32,000 bases of DNA from Promethearchaeum syntrophicum. Its GTDB lineage: Archaea > Asgardarchaeota > Lokiarchaeia > Sigyniarchaeales > Promethearchaeaceae. Below are positions 20,501-28,486 of the stretch, piece by piece (positions within the stretch are counted from its first letter, which is position 1; each line of letters begins with the position of its first letter). A program made the position numbers and the translations under genes. A model generated the notes under the pieces. The model was not told the origin of the DNA and ran no database searches. It worked only from the letters and a program-made list of their open reading frames with translations. The stretch spans positions 450,001 through 482,000 of the forward strand of contig NZ_CP042905.2 in assembly GCF_008000775.2 (NCBI RefSeq), in the 5' to 3' direction.

Positions 20501-21110
20501 TTATAACTCCAATTTGATTCATAGAAAAAAGCTTCTGTAATGAAAGGTTTAATCCTTCTATGAATTGAACAATTTTTTCATACTTCTGATAAGTTACAAA
20601 TTCCTGTTGAAAATTTGTCTCGGTCATTATTCCTTGTATTTTATCTATCGAAGAAAGACCTTTTGAACAATAAACTTTACCTTCAGCTAAGATCTTATTT
20701 GGATCTTTCAGAAATTCTTCGAGATCTTTAAGATTTTCTAGTTTTTCACTTTCATCCTTATTATTTCCTTGGAAAACAATAATATCATTATCCAAAATAA
20801 TATTTACGAACGGAGCCTTAAGATCAAATTTCTGAATAAAATTCCATTGTGTGGATATTTCTTCTTTATTCTTTTCAAGTTCCTCTAAAATTAAATTATA
20901 CAATTCATTATTAATAGCAGTAAAACTTTCTTTTTTTAGAAATTTAATCAGATTTTGGATTTCCTTCTTTTGAATTAACCCCAAAATAATTTTTTGTTTC
21001 TCTGATAAGATATGATCATAATTTTCTATAATATTTTCTACCCAATCAAGTAGTTCTACAAATCTTTTTGATGTAAGAAAATTATATAAATCATATATCA
21101 TGAAAATCAC
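17580..21110 (-). CDS. Very large predicted alpha-solenoid protein with C-terminal TPR repeats
   Basis: 1176 aa single ORF; C-terminal FSPWFILANSYAIKENYPKAIEAYEKALKYDSNQANYARMYNNLLVVYLSQ is TPR; the rest is mostly charged/hydrophobic helical sequence. Confidence 0.85.
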   Translation of the reverse strand: MIFMIYDLYNFLTSKRFVELLDWVENIIENYDHILSEKQKIILGLIQKKEIQNLIKFLKKESFTAINNELYNLILEELEKNKEEISTQWNFIQKFDLKAPFVNIILDNDIIVFQGNNKDESEKLENLKDLEEFLKDPNKILAEGKVYCSKGLSSIDKIQGIMTETNFQQEFVTYQKYEKIVQFIEGLNLSLQKLFSMNQIGVIIFKNEIYLIRWVQFLDESQLISGTESRKSNVEIMEDFGVKIGIQLKENLELGNLVIFKNRRDKNEQDSILRTLFSLDQDFFQSSRRKRKKKKYDLKLKEDCEEFVNEVLSRIESGILMLNNKNFTQIRNSKDLKIYVKISLQRIEGIDTVNQRINILRDLLNLDTDPVLKTQIIEKLEDNYCIFLKEQFKLGNVGNVPSILKIISKLDLFSKRKSLLIHTMVYLFDSYYSNSETIISSVDLIIKYWNPSNELIKVLEKPQVVAITNKIIEQMRLQNFAKIWSYITKYLEEHPYFRSYNIFTLMLEILIEIYHKREGSRDISFPNTKYLTFFREFIVILKSHKEKFEKSEMKDLIKKFREKIQALSNNLDFIAYLNNKIIDFLTFLSMIDKKILSERIFYKILYQFAENGSLVMFYKRLPKVGEHIFRFLTLNYKNTEMTLEFCVNYVEIFTNSVKLFQEYPAFFKNATKTLNEIKPWLNKESLQPILLLSIKKKIKILLNQWYLSGNLPENEFETHKHIIDTWIDFVEYRENLQNMLNILHIKDFIWSCEHFNLEEMKKKYLELPHFVFEMNGEKLFNEMKKILNKIFEDYIQFQIFQQVFSFLQEDIKKLNLSKRNIKKILEIYNKTLRIALINIVQKGYSHKFKNIISNLGEDIVLCNKRIFEEIYQHFIAIYELNIQEGERFNLRIEMMKNTSLFIEKIIPNYEKIIEVKTKLLEIRDIFLPKTFLVKYLADLKQGTYSVFQETQKWLIQMSPTNYLTYKSTFKPLKLLFENILEQNSEDKQNLENILIELKHLSKTLFENQRMLGENKKKYFLMMKNICSEEKYPELMKITAIYLEFIEELADIESLYYNISADPTKKIDTIMERTLKITKQYPHFFSPWFILANSYAIKENYPKAIEAYEKALKYDSNQANYARMYNNLLVVYLSQKMFKETISLIKNLDIGIKTFPHISEIIRRVEELTGEHLLGEN

Positions 21111-21151
21111 AAAATTTGTAATCTTTATAATTAAATCGAGTCGAAAATATA

Positions 21152-21724
21152 TTAACTCTTAGTTTTTTCATGTTTGATGAATTGAGAGATCTTAGGAAGA
21201 ATCTTATTCTTTACATCATCAATAGATTCAAGGATTATTTTTGTTTTTCCTACAATATCAATAAAGCCCAATTCAGAATTGTATCTCGGAACTACATGAA
21301 CATGAATATGTTTTATACTTGCTCCTGAATATTTTCCTTGATTATATCCAACATTAAATCCCGTAGGATGAAATAATTCTTGTAGCATATTTTGGCACAT
21401 TATTACAACTTCAAATAATCGATTTCGCTCATCATCAGTTAAATCTTGGAAATCTTCAACATGACGCATTGGAATTACCATTAAATGTCCAGGATTGTAA
21501 GGATATAGATTTAAACAAATAAAAAGCAAATCTTCTGTATAAATTTTTAAGGATGTTACGGTTGGGTTATCGTCCCTTACCGCACACATTATACAGTCAA
21601 CATCTGGTCTTTTTCCCCTTGCATAATTTAGTTTTCCTATAGCAATTAAATGATCTTTGAATATATTTTCATCTTCTGCCAAAATAATCACCCCAACTAA
21701 ATTAGGTAAACATTGAGTTTCCAT
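21152..21724 (-). CDS. HIT-family nucleotide hydrolase/transferase
   Basis: 190 aa; HIHVHVVPR catalytic HxHxH motif, NLYPYNPGHLMVIPMRHVEDF, CIMC. Confidence 0.92.
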   Translation of the reverse strand: METQCLPNLVGVIILAEDENIFKDHLIAIGKLNYARGKRPDVDCIMCAVRDDNPTVTSLKIYTEDLLFICLNLYPYNPGHLMVIPMRHVEDFQDLTDDERNRLFEVVIMCQNMLQELFHPTGFNVGYNQGKYSGASIKHIHVHVVPRYNSELGFIDIVGKTKIILESIDDVKNKILPKISQFIKHEKTKS

Positions 21725-22247
21725 TAGAAAAATTCATATTGTCAATATCTTTTAGAGATTTTCCAGGAATAGCCCCCATAATGAAATCCATTAAAGTCAT
21801 GTTCATAAATACACTGGTATTAAATACAGCTCTAACTGTTGTGTAGAAAAATTGTTCTGTAAGGCCATCAGGATAAATTGATTCAATTACACTGTATCTA
21901 TATTTCTTCACATCGATATTATAAAGCATATTTTTGGTTAACATGTATTTTTGAAAAATCATAAAGAATTTTTTTATACCTAGCGAATCTTTCTTATTGA
22001 TAGCGTCAACATGTTCCTTCCTAATTTGAATATTTGATTGGATTATTATTGCCTTCCTATCTTTCGGTTTCAAAATCATAAGTTTCATTGGTTTTGGGTT
22101 ATTAGGTGGAAAATTAATATTATAGCTAAATTCTAATTTTGGATTATCTGGGTACTTTTTCCCTAAAATGCCCTCATCAATTGCATACTCACGAATTTTT
22201 TCTTCAAGTTCTGAAAGTTCAGTCATATATATTTTTAATTTATTCAT
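21702..22247 (-). CDS. Uncharacterised alpha/beta protein
   Basis: 181 aa; overlaps the HIT ORF start by 23 nt on the same strand. DUF2299-like character possible but unverified. Confidence 0.65.
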   Translation of the reverse strand: MNKLKIYMTELSELEEKIREYAIDEGILGKKYPDNPKLEFSYNINFPPNNPKPMKLMILKPKDRKAIIIQSNIQIRKEHVDAINKKDSLGIKKFFMIFQKYMLTKNMLYNIDVKKYRYSVIESIYPDGLTEQFFYTTVRAVFNTSVFMNMTLMDFIMGAIPGKSLKDIDNMNFSNGNSMFT

Positions 22248-22328
22248 TGAAAATTAAGACAGCTATTTTTTATAGTAAAAAAAATAAAAATCTACCATTA
22301 TCTCACAAATTCTTGAAAATGAAAAAAA

Positions 22329-23171
22329 ATGAGCGTAAATGATAATAAACCAGAATCTGAAAATATTTCTTCAGAACCAGTCTTATATAAAGTAAAATTA
22401 GGAATTGCCTATATTACTCTAAATACAAAAATGAACACAATAAATATGGATACTGCACGAAAATTAGTTCAATTATTAAACGAATCAGATAAAAATCCGA
22501 AGGTAAAAGTAGTTGTATTAAAATCAATTGGAGATAGAATATTTTCTGCAGGTTTTGATTTAAAAATGTTCGAACAAGGGTTTAGTGATAAGGTAGCTGA
22601 TGATTTATTATTATATGGTCGAGATATTTCACGAGCAATATATTTTTTAAATAAACCTGTAATATCCCAAATTCAAGGAAGTGCAATCGGTATGGGGTGT
22701 ATAATGGCACTTTCTTCTGATTTTCGTTTTGTGGCAAAAAAAGAAGAATTATTTTTCCGATTACCAGAGATAGATATCAATATTTTTCCCGCTACAGGAC
22801 CTACCTCAATGGCTGTTAATATTTTAGGTGTATCTCATGCAAAAGATATGTTATATACTGGAAGAAAAGTGTTTTTAGATGAGTTTGATCATTGGGGTGC
22901 AATAACAAAAATCTGTGAACCTGAAGATTTAGCTAGTGAAGTAAAGAAATTTGCGCGAGAATTGTGTCAAAAAAATAAAATTTTAATGAAAATGATTAAA
23001 CCTGCAATTAATATGATGACTTTTGAAAAAGCCATAGACTGGTTTGATTTAGAGAATGAATTTGCACGATACTATTTTGCTGGGGTTATAGATAAAGATA
23101 AATTTAATTTAGATGAATTTATTCGTAAAATGTGGGAAAAATATGGAAAAGGTTCCCCCAAATTCGATTAA
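22329..23171 (+). CDS. Enoyl-CoA hydratase/isomerase (crotonase) family
   Basis: 280 aa; VVVLKSIGDRIFSAGFDLKMF (oxyanion region), IQGSAIGMGCIMALSSDFRFVAKKEELFFRLPEIDINIFPATGPT. Confidence 0.92.
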   Translation: MSVNDNKPESENISSEPVLYKVKLGIAYITLNTKMNTINMDTARKLVQLLNESDKNPKVKVVVLKSIGDRIFSAGFDLKMFEQGFSDKVADDLLLYGRDISRAIYFLNKPVISQIQGSAIGMGCIMALSSDFRFVAKKEELFFRLPEIDINIFPATGPTSMAVNILGVSHAKDMLYTGRKVFLDEFDHWGAITKICEPEDLASEVKKFARELCQKNKILMKMIKPAINMMTFEKAIDWFDLENEFARYYFAGVIDKDKFNLDEFIRKMWEKYGKGSPKFD

Positions 23172-23763
23172 ACTAATTCTAGCTTCAAAAAGTCGAGATC
23201 GAAAAAAGCTTTTTGACCGTGCTCAAATTCCTGTCGACATTATCCCTAGTGATTTTGATGAAAAATCAATTCATGAATGGGATCCAAAAGAGCTTGTAAA
23301 GAAAATTGCCATTGCTAAAGCTAAAAAAGTAATGTTAAAATGGAATGGCAATTTGGAAAATAGAAATAAGCCCGCAATTATTATCGCAGCAGATACAATG
23401 GTTTTATTAGATGGAAATTTAATTGGCAAGGCACAAAATAAAGAACAAGCGTTTAAAATATTAACCCAATTATCTGGAAAAAAACATGAACTCCTAACTG
23501 GAGTGGCTATTATTCACTCAGTTAGCCAAAAAATAAGTGTTTTTTTAGATATTTCAATTGTTCAATTTCAAATTTTAACTCCATCTGAAATTCAACAATA
23601 TTTAGACGCCACTGATGAATATATCGGGCGCGCTGGGGCGTATTCTCTTTACGATCGTGCCAGTTTATTTATCGATTTTGTTGAAGGGAGTCCAACAAAT
23701 GTTTTGGGTTTACCTATGGCCAAATTACGAAAGGAATTACAATTTTTTGGGGTGTATATTTAA
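23143..23763 (+). CDS. maf: Maf-like nucleoside triphosphate pyrophosphatase
   Basis: KLILASKSRDRKKLFDRAQIPVDIIPSDFDE, IIAADTMVLLDG, GRAGAYSLYD...FVEGSPTNVLGLPM. ORF track start 23113 moved to ATG 23143, next to the conserved start of the domain. Confidence 0.92.
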   Translation: MEKVPPNSIKLILASKSRDRKKLFDRAQIPVDIIPSDFDEKSIHEWDPKELVKKIAIAKAKKVMLKWNGNLENRNKPAIIIAADTMVLLDGNLIGKAQNKEQAFKILTQLSGKKHELLTGVAIIHSVSQKISVFLDISIVQFQILTPSEIQQYLDATDEYIGRAGAYSLYDRASLFIDFVEGSPTNVLGLPMAKLRKELQFFGVYI

Positions 23764-23824
23764 TTTTAAAATTTTAAAACATTTCAAAGATATTAAGATA
23801 TATTTATAAAAAAAGTGAACTCAA

Positions 23825-24190
23825 ATGACTAAAAAAACTAAAAATTATGGTGTTGCTCGAACTCTCGCAGTATTAGGAGGAATAATTGCAATTGCAGGAT
23901 TTATTTGGGGTTTAATAACCGTCGTTACTAATGGAGGAAATTTTGAATCTATATTTCTCAATATTGCCATTCAAATCATCGGAATTATAGTTTCCATCTT
24001 TGTTTTAATTTCAACCGGCTTTATTAGAAAAGATAAAAAAAGTCATATTCCATTTAACTGGTGGATGTTATTAATATTTGTTTTAATTCAAGCTTGGATG
24101 ACTTATTATACAACATTTATGGGTTTAGCTACTTTGGGGATAATATTAGAGAGTGTTGCGGTTATATTATTATTAATAGATGTGTTATGA
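23825..24190 (+). CDS. Small polytopic membrane protein
   Basis: 121 aa, about four hydrophobic segments, ATG start. Confidence 0.65.
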   Translation: MTKKTKNYGVARTLAVLGGIIAIAGFIWGLITVVTNGGNFESIFLNIAIQIIGIIVSIFVLISTGFIRKDKKSHIPFNWWMLLIFVLIQAWMTYYTTFMGLATLGIILESVAVILLLIDVL

Positions 24191-24327
24191 AATTTAATCA
24201 ATGAGATTCCATGGATGAAATATAAATTGGAATTACTGGAGTGCATTTGCATGGTAATGATCATTTAATAGCACTTCACACTAGGCCGTAAATGCTTGTT
24301 ATCAATCCTCTAAAGTGTCAAAAATAA

Positions 24328-25023
24328 TCAAAATCCCTGGGCTTTCAATTGCCCTTCTATAAATCTTTTTACTTTTTCTTTCCCTTCAAAAATTCCATAA
24401 TGCCCTTCACATAAGATATCTGCCTCTAAACTTATCAATCGCTTCATTGATTTTACCCAATCATTAATATTTGAATTAAATTCTTCCAGAAATGGTCCAT
24501 GCACATCTTGACCGAACAAAACCTTTATTCCCTCCTCGTTCTCATATAAAACTGCTATAGAACCTGGTGTATGACCAGGTGTATGATAGCAAATCAGTTT
24601 AGTTCCTTCTAAATTCAGAATTTCTGGATCCTTTTTTATCACAAAATCAATTTTGGGTGGTATCAATTCCTGCCCATACCAATCTGCTGCCGTTAATCTT
24701 TGAGTATTAGGTTGACCTGTGATTGCAGCTAGATCCCAGCTATGCGCATATGTTTTGATTCTCGGAAATAGTTGTTGGAATTGATGGGCCGCTCCAATAT
24801 GGTCAAAATGACAATGGGTTAAAATTAAATCCGAAATTTCCCGACCTCTTAAGTCAGTTTTCGTTAAGTTATCAAGAATTTGTTGTGCATATTGAGTCCC
24901 CGCATCTATAAGGCATAACTTATTCTTTCCGATTCCTAATGCATAGATCATGCAATCTCCAGATCCGGAAAGTGAGTCTGATCCCACAAGGTATAACCCA
25001 TTGAGAATTTTTTTTGGATTCAT
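24328..25023 (-). CDS. Metallo-beta-lactamase fold hydrolase
   Basis: 231 aa; LTHCHFDHIGAAHQF, CYHTPGHTPGSIAVLYE, LFGQDVHG, EGHYG. Confidence 0.92.
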   Translation of the reverse strand: MNPKKILNGLYLVGSDSLSGSGDCMIYALGIGKNKLCLIDAGTQYAQQILDNLTKTDLRGREISDLILTHCHFDHIGAAHQFQQLFPRIKTYAHSWDLAAITGQPNTQRLTAADWYGQELIPPKIDFVIKKDPEILNLEGTKLICYHTPGHTPGSIAVLYENEEGIKVLFGQDVHGPFLEEFNSNINDWVKSMKRLISLEADILCEGHYGIFEGKEKVKRFIEGQLKAQGF

Positions 25024-25169
25024 TATTCTATAATTTCTCTTCTCAAAATTAAATCTTTGGGCATTATAGATATAAAACTTAGATGTTTCTGCTCAGTGGA
25101 GCCATTTGTATTGATAAAATTTATTTTTTATGAATAATTCATTTTCTGGATACTTCCTATTTCAACTAT

Positions 25170-25243
25170 GGGGTATTAGTCTAGATTGGTGTGATACTGC
25201 GTTCGGAACGCAGAGGTCGGGCGTTCAAATCGCTCATACCCCA
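25170..25243 (+). tRNA. tRNA-Pro (anticodon CGG)
   Basis: Hand fold of GGGGTATTAGTCTAGATTGGTGTGATACTGCGTTCGGAACGCAGAGGTCGGGCGTTCAAATCGCTCATACCCCA: acceptor GGGGTAT/ATACCCC 7 bp; anticodon stem CTGCG/CGCAG with loop TTCGGAA (CGG); T arm GGGCG-TTCAAAT-CGCTC. No encoded CCA, no intron. Confidence 0.93.
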
Positions 25244-25277
25244 TATATTTTATATTTATATCATTTTGGTTAATAAA

Positions 25278-25793
25278 ATGGATCGGATTGCAATTATTGG
25301 CTCAGCGGGTTCTGGAAAATCGACTCTTGCTCTTCAAATTGCAAAATTAATAGATCTTCCATTATATCATTTAGATCGACTTTTTTGGAAACCTGGATGG
25401 GTAGAAACTCCAAAACCTGAGTTTTCCTTGATAGTGGAAGAAGTCGCTAAAAAAAAACAGTGGATTATTGACGGAAACTATAGTAGAACCATCGATATCC
25501 GATTAGAAGCTGCAGATTTGATTATTTTCCTAGATTATTCTAAACATTTATGTGTATTTAGAGCATTAAAACGTTCTATGCTCCATCGAAATAAAAATAG
25601 ACCAGATATTACTGAAGGCTGCAAAGAAAAATTTGATATGGAATTTTATAAATGGATATGGGATTTTCCAAACCGAAATAGAGATAAAATTGTCTTAGCC
25701 CTTTCAAAATTAAAAGAAAAGAAGAAAATATTTGTATTCAAACATCCAAAAGAACTGAAAAAATGGATTGAAAAATTTCCAGGTAATATTTAA
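25278..25793 (+). CDS. P-loop kinase, FlaR/adenylate kinase-like
   Basis: MDRIAIIGSAGSGKSTLALQIAKLIDLPLYHLDRLFWKPGW...WIIDGNY is typical of topology-modulation/AK-like proteins. Start placed at ATG 25278 because the ORF track start 25191 lies inside the tRNA. Confidence 0.87.
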   Translation: MDRIAIIGSAGSGKSTLALQIAKLIDLPLYHLDRLFWKPGWVETPKPEFSLIVEEVAKKKQWIIDGNYSRTIDIRLEAADLIIFLDYSKHLCVFRALKRSMLHRNKNRPDITEGCKEKFDMEFYKWIWDFPNRNRDKIVLALSKLKEKKKIFVFKHPKELKKWIEKFPGNI

Positions 25794-26341
25794 TTTAATT
25801 CTTTTTGTAATGCTAACCAGTGGAATGCTGCTATTATGTAAGTGTTGGTTATTTCTCCATTACGGATGTAATTCCGCACTTGTTCTTGAGAGGCAAATTC
25901 AAATTCAATTATTTCATCCGGATCGAGGTTTTGCTCACCCAACGATGAGATTTTTTCTGCTAAAAAAGTGTAACATCGATTATTCTGAATTGCAGGATTC
26001 GCATCAACTACACCAATTTCAGAAAGATTTTCGAGATCTACATGATAACCTGTTTCTTCCCGTAATTCTCGCTGGGCTCCTTTCTTGGGATCTTCTCCTT
26101 TATCTAGACACCCTCCAGGAATTTCCAGTTCAATTTTATCGGTTCCAAATCGAAATTGGCGAACTAATAATATCTCATTTTTCTCATTAATAGCAACGAT
26201 ATTTGCCCAATCAGGAGCGTCGAGAACAAAACTATCGAATTTCTCTTTGGTAATCGGATTTCGGTATTTTTTCTTAAGAAGATTAAATGGTAATGATTTA
26301 AAAATAGTTTTCAATTTCAATAATTTCCAATTTTCTAACAT
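25790..26341 (-). CDS. NUDIX hydrolase (ADP-ribose pyrophosphatase-like)
   Basis: 183 aa; GGCLDKGEDPKKGAQRELREETGY fits GX5EX7REUXEEXGU. Confidence 0.93.
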   Translation of the reverse strand: MLENWKLLKLKTIFKSLPFNLLKKKYRNPITKEKFDSFVLDAPDWANIVAINEKNEILLVRQFRFGTDKIELEIPGGCLDKGEDPKKGAQRELREETGYHVDLENLSEIGVVDANPAIQNNRCYTFLAEKISSLGEQNLDPDEIIEFEFASQEQVRNYIRNGEITNTYIIAAFHWLALQKELN

Positions 26342-26452
26342 AATTAAGTAAAATTACAATTATCGTGCTATTAATTTTTCCTAAATACTTATAAAATATT
26401 TTGATGGTATTAATTCTTTAAATCCTAATCGTATAACCATTTTCCAATTCTT

Positions 26453-26479
26453 ATTTTTTGTCATGAAATCGACCCCGAT
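26453..26479 (-). pseudogene. Possible remnant of a Ras/Rab-like GTPase switch I (G2) segment
   Basis: Minus-strand translation IGVDFMTKN (frame RKWSPIGVDFMTKNKNWK) is identical to IGVDFMTKN in the GTPase at 27517-28116; nucleotide differences fall at third codon positions. Confidence 0.4.
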
Positions 26480-26541
26480 GGGGGACCATTTTCTAGGGAA
26501 CTAAAATGGATTGGTTTAAAATCTGTAATAATTTCCGAGAA

Positions 26542-27498
26542 TTATATCCAAGTATCCTTAAACACTCGTAAAAGATTTTCACTCCCCAATTTTTTCAAAT
26601 CTTGTTCACTATATCCATTTTCCAACAAGTAATTGAAAAACAGTGGTAAATCATTCACTCCAGATAAATTAGTAGGAACCGTAGTACCATCAAAATCGGT
26701 TCCAATCGCTACCGTGTTTATATCAGTAATCTTCACAATATGATCAATATGCGATTTTAAAACTTCGAAAGGAAGTTCCACAGGGATTTTCGTTTTTTTA
26801 TGTTCTTCCGACAAGAAAATTACAGATAGGTTTAAACCAATTGTGCCATGTTTTTCATGAATCGCAATAATTTGCTTATCTGTCAAATTTCGTTGGTGGC
26901 TGCAAATAGATCTGCAGTTTGAATGGCTAGCAATAAGTGGTTTACGAGTAATTTCAATTGCATCCCAAAAACTGGGATCGTTTAGGTGAGATACGTCAAT
27001 AGTTATCCCCATTTTTTGACCTGTATGCAATAATTCTTTTCCTAATTCAGTTAGTCCTCTATCTTCTTGTTCTTGTTCAAATAAAGCTCCCGTTGCGAAT
27101 TTATTTACGTTTGACCAACTTAATCCCATAGATCGTAACCCTAATTGATATCCTAAACGTAAAAGCGCAAAATCCTTATCGATTCCTCCTGCTCCTTCAA
27201 AATGAAGTATGGCTCCTATTTTTTTGGAATTTTCTGCTTTACTAAAATCGTCTATATTTTTTATATGATATAGCTGGTTCTCTGGATTATTTAGGAGTTT
27301 AAACCATGCATCCATTCCGTTTATAAGGTTTTTTTTGGTCATTCCAGGCCAAATCGCAAAAAGTGCCGCTGAAACATTGCCTTCTTTCATTCTATGAAGA
27401 TCGCAATGACCTTTATCCGATCTTTGTGAAAAAGTTCGTCCTTGTTGTTTTAATGCTAATAATGTATCTATATGACCGTCAATTACTTTGATATCCAT
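26542..27498 (-). CDS. Membrane dipeptidase (peptidase M19, renal dipeptidase family)
   Basis: 318 aa; DGHIDTLL, GAILHFEGAGGIDKDFALLRLGYQLGLRSMGLSWSNVNKFATG, IDVSHLND, IASHSNCRSICSHQRNLTD, AIGTDFDG. Confidence 0.93.
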   Translation of the reverse strand: MDIKVIDGHIDTLLALKQQGRTFSQRSDKGHCDLHRMKEGNVSAALFAIWPGMTKKNLINGMDAWFKLLNNPENQLYHIKNIDDFSKAENSKKIGAILHFEGAGGIDKDFALLRLGYQLGLRSMGLSWSNVNKFATGALFEQEQEDRGLTELGKELLHTGQKMGITIDVSHLNDPSFWDAIEITRKPLIASHSNCRSICSHQRNLTDKQIIAIHEKHGTIGLNLSVIFLSEEHKKTKIPVELPFEVLKSHIDHIVKITDINTVAIGTDFDGTTVPTNLSGVNDLPLFFNYLLENGYSEQDLKKLGSENLLRVFKDTWI

Positions 27499-27516
27499 TA
27501 TTTTCTTCTCAAAATT

Positions 27517-28116
27517 CTATGCAATCAGTTTCCGGCCACAATACGTACAGAAGAAAAGTTCTTTTGCTATAGTTTCTCCACAATGGGGGCATTTCTTCAA
27601 GCTCGATTTAAGAATACTCTCGGTTAGAAGATCAAAAATCTTCTCAACATTTTGCCCACTCTTGCTTGAACATTCGATAAAATGGTCAATTTTATTTGAA
27701 GCTTGGAAATTTTTACCATCTTCTTCATTAACTTCCTTTTGATCGCTTAGATCTGATTTGGAACCAATAAGTAATTTTGAAATTTTGCCGCTGGCTGAAT
27801 CAATTAAGTTCATCCATTCGTCAAGTTCATTAAAACTCGAGCGGCTTGTCATATCATATAAAATAAGGGCACCTGATGCGCCTGATAAATAACCTGGAAA
27901 TAGGCTTCTGAACTTTTCTTCGCCTGCGAAATCCCAGATGCTCAAATGAACATCTTGACCCGAGACGTTCATGTTTTTCGTCATGAAGTCGACTCCTATC
28001 GTCGAAAGTGTGTTAATATCGAATTTGCCACTAACATATCTCCGAATCAGCGATGTTTTTCCAACGTTTTTGGCACCAGCGACTATAATTTTTAATTTAA
28101 TCATATGAGTTATCAC
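27517..28116 (-). CDS. Ras/Rab-like small GTPase with C-terminal zinc ribbon
   Basis: 199 aa; GAKNVGKTS (G1), TIGVDF (G2), WDFAGEE (G3), GSKSD (G4-like), ECSSKSG (G5), then CPHCGETIAKELFFCTYCG. Confidence 0.95.
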   Translation of the reverse strand: MITHMIKLKIIVAGAKNVGKTSLIRRYVSGKFDINTLSTIGVDFMTKNMNVSGQDVHLSIWDFAGEEKFRSLFPGYLSGASGALILYDMTSRSSFNELDEWMNLIDSASGKISKLLIGSKSDLSDQKEVNEEDGKNFQASNKIDHFIECSSKSGQNVEKIFDLLTESILKSSLKKCPHCGETIAKELFFCTYCGRKLIA

Positions 28117-28486
28117 TCTAGAGCTTCTTTAAAAAAATTTTGTTGTGTTTCTTTCTCTATTTTTCTTTTGGCAAATTTCCTTAAAATTCTTTTGGCTATT
28201 TCCAATTTTTCAAAACTTAAATCTGGAAAGATCAAAAATAATAATATTGATCCTAACCCGTTTTTCAAATCAATTTTCAATTTTTAAGAACCAAAGATCC
28301 CAGATCGGGCAATTCCAAACACATAAAAGCCAGAGATTTGGGAACAAGTACAATCAACGAATAAAATTTCTTGAACTTGACCAATAACTAGGTATGTATT
28401 CTTTTTTTTTATAAAACTTAACTTTTAAAAAAATATGTGATAAGGCGAAAAAATTTAACATTGAAAATTTAATTAGAAGATATAGA

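Noticed and set aside
25191-25277. N-terminal extension of the FlaR-like ORF
   Set aside because: Lies inside and just after the tRNA-Pro gene; the conserved P-loop domain starts at ATG 25278.
26085-26351. ORF 26085-26351 (+)
   Set aside because: Antisense to the NUDIX hydrolase.
26487-26510. CCATTTT...AAAATGG inverted repeat considered as terminator or IS end
   Set aside because: Only 7 bp stem with a 10-nt loop, no T-run immediately after and no transposase nearby; expected by chance in AT-rich DNA.
28105-28387. ORFs 28105-28287 and 28145-28387 (+)
   Set aside because: Overlapping ORFs in different frames, low complexity, no motif, located in the gap between two GTPase genes.
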